NCBI GenBank assembly: GCA_032128375.1
Contig: JAQBGU010000031.1
Span: 1-11,101 of the forward strand
Direction: 5' to 3'
DNA length: 11,101 nt
DNA from: Deltaproteobacteria bacterium
GTDB lineage: Bacteria > Myxococcota_A > UBA9160 > SMWR01
Shown here one piece after another: positions 7,372 to 11,101 of this stretch. Each line of letters begins with the position of its first letter. The stretch's first letter is position 1. A program made the position numbers and the translations under genes. The notes beneath the pieces are model-generated. The model made no database searches. It was not told where the DNA came from and was given only the letters and a program-made list of their open reading frames with translations.

Positions 7372-8850
7372 TCACGTCGTGCCTGCACGTCCACCGTCGA
7401 CAGACCCGATTCGGGTGGCCCGGAGTTCCCAGCGGCGCAGCTTCCCCGCGTCGTCGCGCAGTGGCTCATCGACACGCTCGAAGCTGCGAGGCATTGCGTA
7501 GTGAACGATGCGTTCTCGCAAGTGATCGCGCAGCTCATCGTCGGCCACCGGCTGAGTCGCTTGCACGATCGCGTGTACGACCTGGCCCATCTCCTCATCG
7601 GGCAAGCCGATCACCGCACTCGAAGCGACGGCCGGATGCTCGTCGAGAGCCGCCTCGATGTGTGCGGGATAGACGTTGCGTCCACCCGACAGAATCATGT
7701 CGCTGCGGCGGTCCGCAAGGTAGAGGTAGCCATCCTCGTCGAGGTGGCCCATATCACCCACAGACTCCCAACCATCCTCGGTCGCGCGGGCGTCAGCGCC
7801 GACATAGCGGTACGTCGAACCCTGTCCGCCGATCGGCATCATGTAGACCTCCCCGATTTCGCCGTTTGGGAGTTCGTTGCCGGTCTCCGGGTGGAGGATA
7901 CGAATCTGTGTGGCGCGTGTGGGACGGCCGACCGAGCCGGGGTGTTCGAGCCACTCGCGCCCCGCAATCACAGTTCCACCGATGCGTTCGGTGCCACCAT
8001 AGACCTCGTGCATCACGTTCGGGCCGAGCCATTCGATGAAGTTCCGCATCAGCCACGGTGGGCACGGCGCGCCTCCGGTAAACACGATCCGCAGCGACGA
8101 GACGTCGCGACTGTTGCGCTCGGATTCGGGCAGACGCCAGATGCGGTGCATCATGGTCGGGACGAACAGAATTTGATCGACGCGATGATGGTCGACGAGT
8201 TCCAGACACTGGCTCGCGTCGAAGCGGCACATCATCACGACCTTTTGTCCCGAGAGCAGACCCTGCGTGAGTGCGCCGAACGAGGCAGCGTGATATAACG
8301 GGCCGGGAACCAGTACACAGCCCTTGGGCGTCAGCACAGTAGCGGGACTGTCGGGGTCGAACAGCGCGGGCACCCGCAGCATGATGAGCTTGGGCCGGCC
8401 CGTGCTTCCGCCCGACGCGATGGCACGCTCGTGCGGCGAAACGAGATCCGGAAGCGGCGAGTCGTCGAGCGCGGATGGCGGCTCGAAGCCGCTCGGCAGC
8501 GACGGATACGCGTACTCGAGATCGTCGAATCCGATGACGAGCGCTGGGTCGGCAAGCGCCAGGATGCTGTTGCGTTCTACTGCGGGCAGCCGAGGTGATA
8601 TCGGGTTCGGGATCGCGCCGCATTTCCAGATCGCCACGCTGGCGATTGCGAACTCGAGGCTATTGCCCAGGCCGACAGTCACCAACCGCCCGGGCGCGAC
8701 ACCGCGCTCGATCATCGCGCGCGCCATCCGGTTCGCGCGTCGTTCGAGTTGGCCGCGGGTCAGCGTCTCCTGTGCGCAGACGACCGCGATGCGATCGGCG
8801 TCCCGTTCGGCAAGCCGTGTAATCGCGAGCCCGTACGAGAGCTTCGCCAA
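7372..8850 (-). CDS. AMP-binding acyl-CoA synthetase/ligase (bile acid-CoA ligase-like subfamily possible)
   Basis: 492 aa, GGAGG 6 nt before TTG. Adenylation motifs [38 protein letters not shown] and terminal GK. Confidence 0.93.
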   Translation of the reverse strand: MAKLSYGLAITRLAERDADRIAVVCAQETLTRGQLERRANRMARAMIERGVAPGRLVTVGLGNSLEFAIASVAIWKCGAIPNPISPRLPAVERNSILALADPALVIGFDDLEYAYPSLPSGFEPPSALDDSPLPDLVSPHERAIASGGSTGRPKLIMLRVPALFDPDSPATVLTPKGCVLVPGPLYHAASFGALTQGLLSGQKVVMMCRFDASQCLELVDHHRVDQILFVPTMMHRIWRLPESERNSRDVSSLRIVFTGGAPCPPWLMRNFIEWLGPNVMHEVYGGTERIGGTVIAGREWLEHPGSVGRPTRATQIRILHPETGNELPNGEIGEVYMMPIGGQGSTYRYVGADARATEDGWESVGDMGHLDEDGYLYLADRRSDMILSGGRNVYPAHIEAALDEHPAVASSAVIGLPDEEMGQVVHAIVQATQPVADDELRDHLRERIVHYAMPRSFERVDEPLRDDAGKLRRWELRATRIGSVDGGRAGTT

Positions 8851-8898
8851 ATTTCGCCTCCGCAGGAATGCATGCGCGTCGTTGCGCCCTACTGGCCC

Positions 8899-9441
8899 TC
8901 AGCCAAGCTCGATGGCCATCTCCATGAGTCTGCGGACAGTCCGCCAGTTTCGCGCAGTCGCCGGGACGCCGAGCAGCTTCTCTGCTTTCGCGGCGAGCCT
9001 GGATCGGCCAATGCCCTCTGGCGCATGTAGATAGAAGACGCTGTCGATCAACGCGAACCGCTCGCGTGTGCCCTTGATGCGTTCGATCGCTTCGAGATCG
9101 GGACGCTCGGGAACACCCGCCAGGAAGAACAACAGCAGCTTGCTCGGATCGCTCTCGGCGTCGGTCATTGGATTCGATGCAAGGGCTTGCTGCAGCTCTT
9201 GTGTGTCGAGCACCAGCACCTCCGGTTCGAATCCATGTGCGCGGTTGACTGCGTTGCGAATTTTCGATGCGAGCCGCTCGGATTCGCGCGCCTTGCTCCT
9301 GAACACCACGTTGCCGCTCTGAATGTAGGTGCGGGGACGCTCCAAGTGGAGGTCTTCGAGAAGCGACACGAGGTCCGCCATCGCCAGCACATGACTGCCC
9401 CCGACGTTGAGCCCTCGAAAAAGTGCGATGAAGGTCTTCAT
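8899..9441 (-). CDS. DUF1697 domain-containing protein
   Basis: MKTFIALFRGLNVGG, TYIQSGNVVF, NP and TARNWRTV motifs. The true start at 9441 overlaps the upstream stop (ATGA). 180 aa. Confidence 0.93.
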   Translation of the reverse strand: MKTFIALFRGLNVGGSHVLAMADLVSLLEDLHLERPRTYIQSGNVVFRSKARESERLASKIRNAVNRAHGFEPEVLVLDTQELQQALASNPMTDAESDPSKLLLFFLAGVPERPDLEAIERIKGTRERFALIDSVFYLHAPEGIGRSRLAAKAEKLLGVPATARNWRTVRRLMEMAIELG

Positions 9442-10019
9442 CCCGATTCGCGTTCCGTGTGGATTCTGACATCGTCCGGTGCCCCTTGGAGCCAATTGCG
9501 AAGCTCCGACGGCGAGGAGAATCGATAGAACCTCAGGTGCTGGTTGGCGGGGTTGCGCTCGGCCTGCTCGTAGCGTCGGCGCAGTGGCGCTCTGTGGTGG
9601 AGGTTCCAGGCCAGCAGTGACTTCGATTTGTCCCAGAGCATGAACTGGCTGAAAAGGCGCTCGCGATTGGTACCCCACAGAAGCTCGCCGTCATGCCAGC
9701 GCCGGTAGGAGCGCGCGACGATGCGCGGCAGCGTGACGCGCAGCGGAAAATCGAGCCAGATGATGCGGGGCCAGGTGATGTCACGCACCGAGTCGTAATT
9801 TCCGGCAAGCACCCAGCTGTGCGCCTGGGTCGCCTCGCCGACCCGCATGCGAAACGGCGGAATCTCTGACGGCCTCCAACCCGGCTTCCAATACAGCGCG
9901 TCGAGTTCGATGAACGGGCAAGTCATGCGTTCGGCAAGGGTCTCTCCCAGAGTGCTCTTGCCCGAACACGAATCACCGACGATGACCACGCGTCGACCGA
10001 TCGGAAGCAGGGGTCTCAC
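9438..10019 (-). CDS. P-loop kinase-like protein (FlaR/topology-modulation/adenylate-kinase related)
   Basis: VVIVGDSCSGKST Walker A, IELDALYWKPGW, WVLAGNY, IIWLDFP and LWGTNRE. Confidence 0.88.
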   Translation of the reverse strand: MRPLLPIGRRVVIVGDSCSGKSTLGETLAERMTCPFIELDALYWKPGWRPSEIPPFRMRVGEATQAHSWVLAGNYDSVRDITWPRIIWLDFPLRVTLPRIVARSYRRWHDGELLWGTNRERLFSQFMLWDKSKSLLAWNLHHRAPLRRRYEQAERNPANQHLRFYRFSSPSELRNWLQGAPDDVRIHTERESG

Positions 10020-10034
10020 GGCGCCACCCGCTCC

Positions 10035-10505
10035 CTAGCCAAGATGTTTCGCGAATCCGACCCGCAAACCGAGCACGGCGGGCGCGATCAACCAGGGCAG
10101 ATTGAACGCCATGTAGTAGGCCATGTTAGGCGGCGGGTGCGGTCCGAGGAGAGTCTGCGCAAAGTAGTAGAGCATGTTGGTAACCGCCGCTCCCGCGTAC
10201 ACGAGCCCGAGCGTTCGTAGCCACCACCGCTGCCGGACCAGCCCGAACACCACGAAAATCAACACGGGCGCCTGGAAGAACCCATCGAACAGGCAGCTCG
10301 CGATCAGGCTCGGGGGTGGATCGAGATGGGCTGGCTCCTGTGCGACTGCCCAACCGTGAAGCGCCCGCAGTGGAGGCCAGGGACTGTCTGCCGAGACCGG
10401 AACTCCGAGTCCTTCGGGTAGGCTGAATAGCAGTCCGTAGAGAATCGATGTTGTGAAGAAGACCGCAAGGATCAGGTCCAATGGCCGGCGAATAATCGAC
10501 GTCAT
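10035..10505 (-). CDS. EXPERA-domain membrane protein (EBP/TMEM97-like)
   Basis: 156 aa with four hydrophobic segments. EPAHLDPP, LFDGFFQAP, LGLVYAG and C-terminal FNLPWLIAP match the EXPERA pattern as I recall it. Confidence 0.7.
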   Translation of the reverse strand: MTSIIRRPLDLILAVFFTTSILYGLLFSLPEGLGVPVSADSPWPPLRALHGWAVAQEPAHLDPPPSLIASCLFDGFFQAPVLIFVVFGLVRQRWWLRTLGLVYAGAAVTNMLYYFAQTLLGPHPPPNMAYYMAFNLPWLIAPAVLGLRVGFAKHLG

Positions 10506-10684
10506 CCGGCCGCCTGCCTGCGAGATGCCTCGTGGCCAGCTTTTTCGGACAAGCTGGGCGACGCGTTCGGTGAAATCACGTTGGCGAGTGTTCCGCGGAT
10601 CTGGCTAGCCAGGTACAGCAGGGAAATCACGACTGCCGAGCCGCTGATGAACTCACCCAGGTTGCCGAGACCTTGCAGGCTCAC
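10502..10684 (-). pseudogene. Probable truncated member of a common hypothetical membrane-anchored family (MxLxxLGxxGEF...VVxSLxYLAxQIR)
   Basis: The N-terminal helix SLQGLGNLGEFISGSAVVISLLYLASQIR is recognisable, then the sequence becomes unrelated and stops at ~60 aa. The stop overlaps the next ATG. Confidence 0.55.
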
Positions 10685-10854
10685 GGCCACAGCATGCCGA
10701 AAGGGCCAGCTTCGTGCTATCCGCTGCGTAGTTGACGCGGAGGGCGGCTTCCACTGTAACTCGGTCGTGTTCGGCTCCGACTACCCCATCCTGAAGGCAC
10801 TTCGGACCCGATCGAGCTGGTTCGAGGCGACCCTGACAGGTTGCGACCCGGCGG

Positions 10855-11101
10855 CTACCCGATGTCGTACACGGCGGCGGCGGTCTCGCAGACCACCTTC
10901 CGGAGTACATCGTCGCCCAATGAGGCCAACGGTGACTCTGCGATCGCCTTGCGTGAATTCGGCCAGGTGCTGTCACCGTGTGGGTAGTCCGACGCCCACA
11001 TCACGTTGTCGACACCGATCTCGGGAATCAGCTTGACGCCGATGGTTTCTTCTTCGTACGTGACGTAGATCTGCCGGCGGAAGATCTCGCTGGGCAACAT
11101 G
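10855..11101 (-). CDS. Amidohydrolase family protein (Amidohydro_2-type), C-terminal part, 5' end outside window
   Basis: PSEIFRRQIYVTYEEE, IGVDNVMWASDYPHGDSTWP and KVVCETAAAVY. Confidence 0.9.
   Translation of the reverse strand, partial: MLPSEIFRRQIYVTYEEETIGVKLIPEIGVDNVMWASDYPHGDSTWPNSRKAIAESPLASLGDDVLRKVVCETAAAVYDIG

Noticed and set aside
7368..7373. EcoRI site GAATTC at the IS/ligase junction as a sign of a cloning chimera
   Set aside because: GAATTC also occurs several times inside intact genes in this window, so the coincidence is not evidence.
7368..7598. N-terminal 77 aa of ORF 6948..7598 as part of the transposase, or a ligase-transposase fusion
   Set aside because: It is an alternative frame of the ligase 3' end with no transposase features. 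The ligase has its own stop at 7372.
7336..8298. 320-aa plus-strand ORF (also 2827..3564, 3706..4236, 5931..6752, 8324..9034)
   Set aside because: Antisense shadows of well-supported high-GC genes.
9442..9678. N-terminal extension of the DUF1697 ORF
   Set aside because: It overlaps the kinase gene. The family signature starts at MKTFIALFRG (9441) with an ATGA overlap.

Overview
High-GC bacterial window. The gene families suggest a Myxococcota/deltaproteobacterial-type genome, which is inference only. Left: a structured ~260-nt minus-strand leader running off the window, and a stand-alone type III polyketide synthase (-). A divergent promoter region carries a phased 10-bp TGCCG repeat array. 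Centre (+): a PEP-CTERM surface protein abutting a lipoprotein-signal Rhs/YD-repeat protein with an intact autoproteolysis core and a short, very hydrophobic C-terminal cargo, then two ~47%-identical small membrane-protein paralogues (immunity-like). A 5'-truncated IS630 remnant ends in the stop codon of the second paralogue. Right (-): amidohydrolase (partial), truncated membrane-protein relic, EXPERA/TMEM97-like protein, FlaR/adenylate-kinase-like P-loop protein, DUF1697 protein and an acyl-CoA ligase. The best candidate for an undescribed system is the PEP-CTERM + lipoprotein-Rhs + tandem immunity-like cassette with its upstream repeat array.
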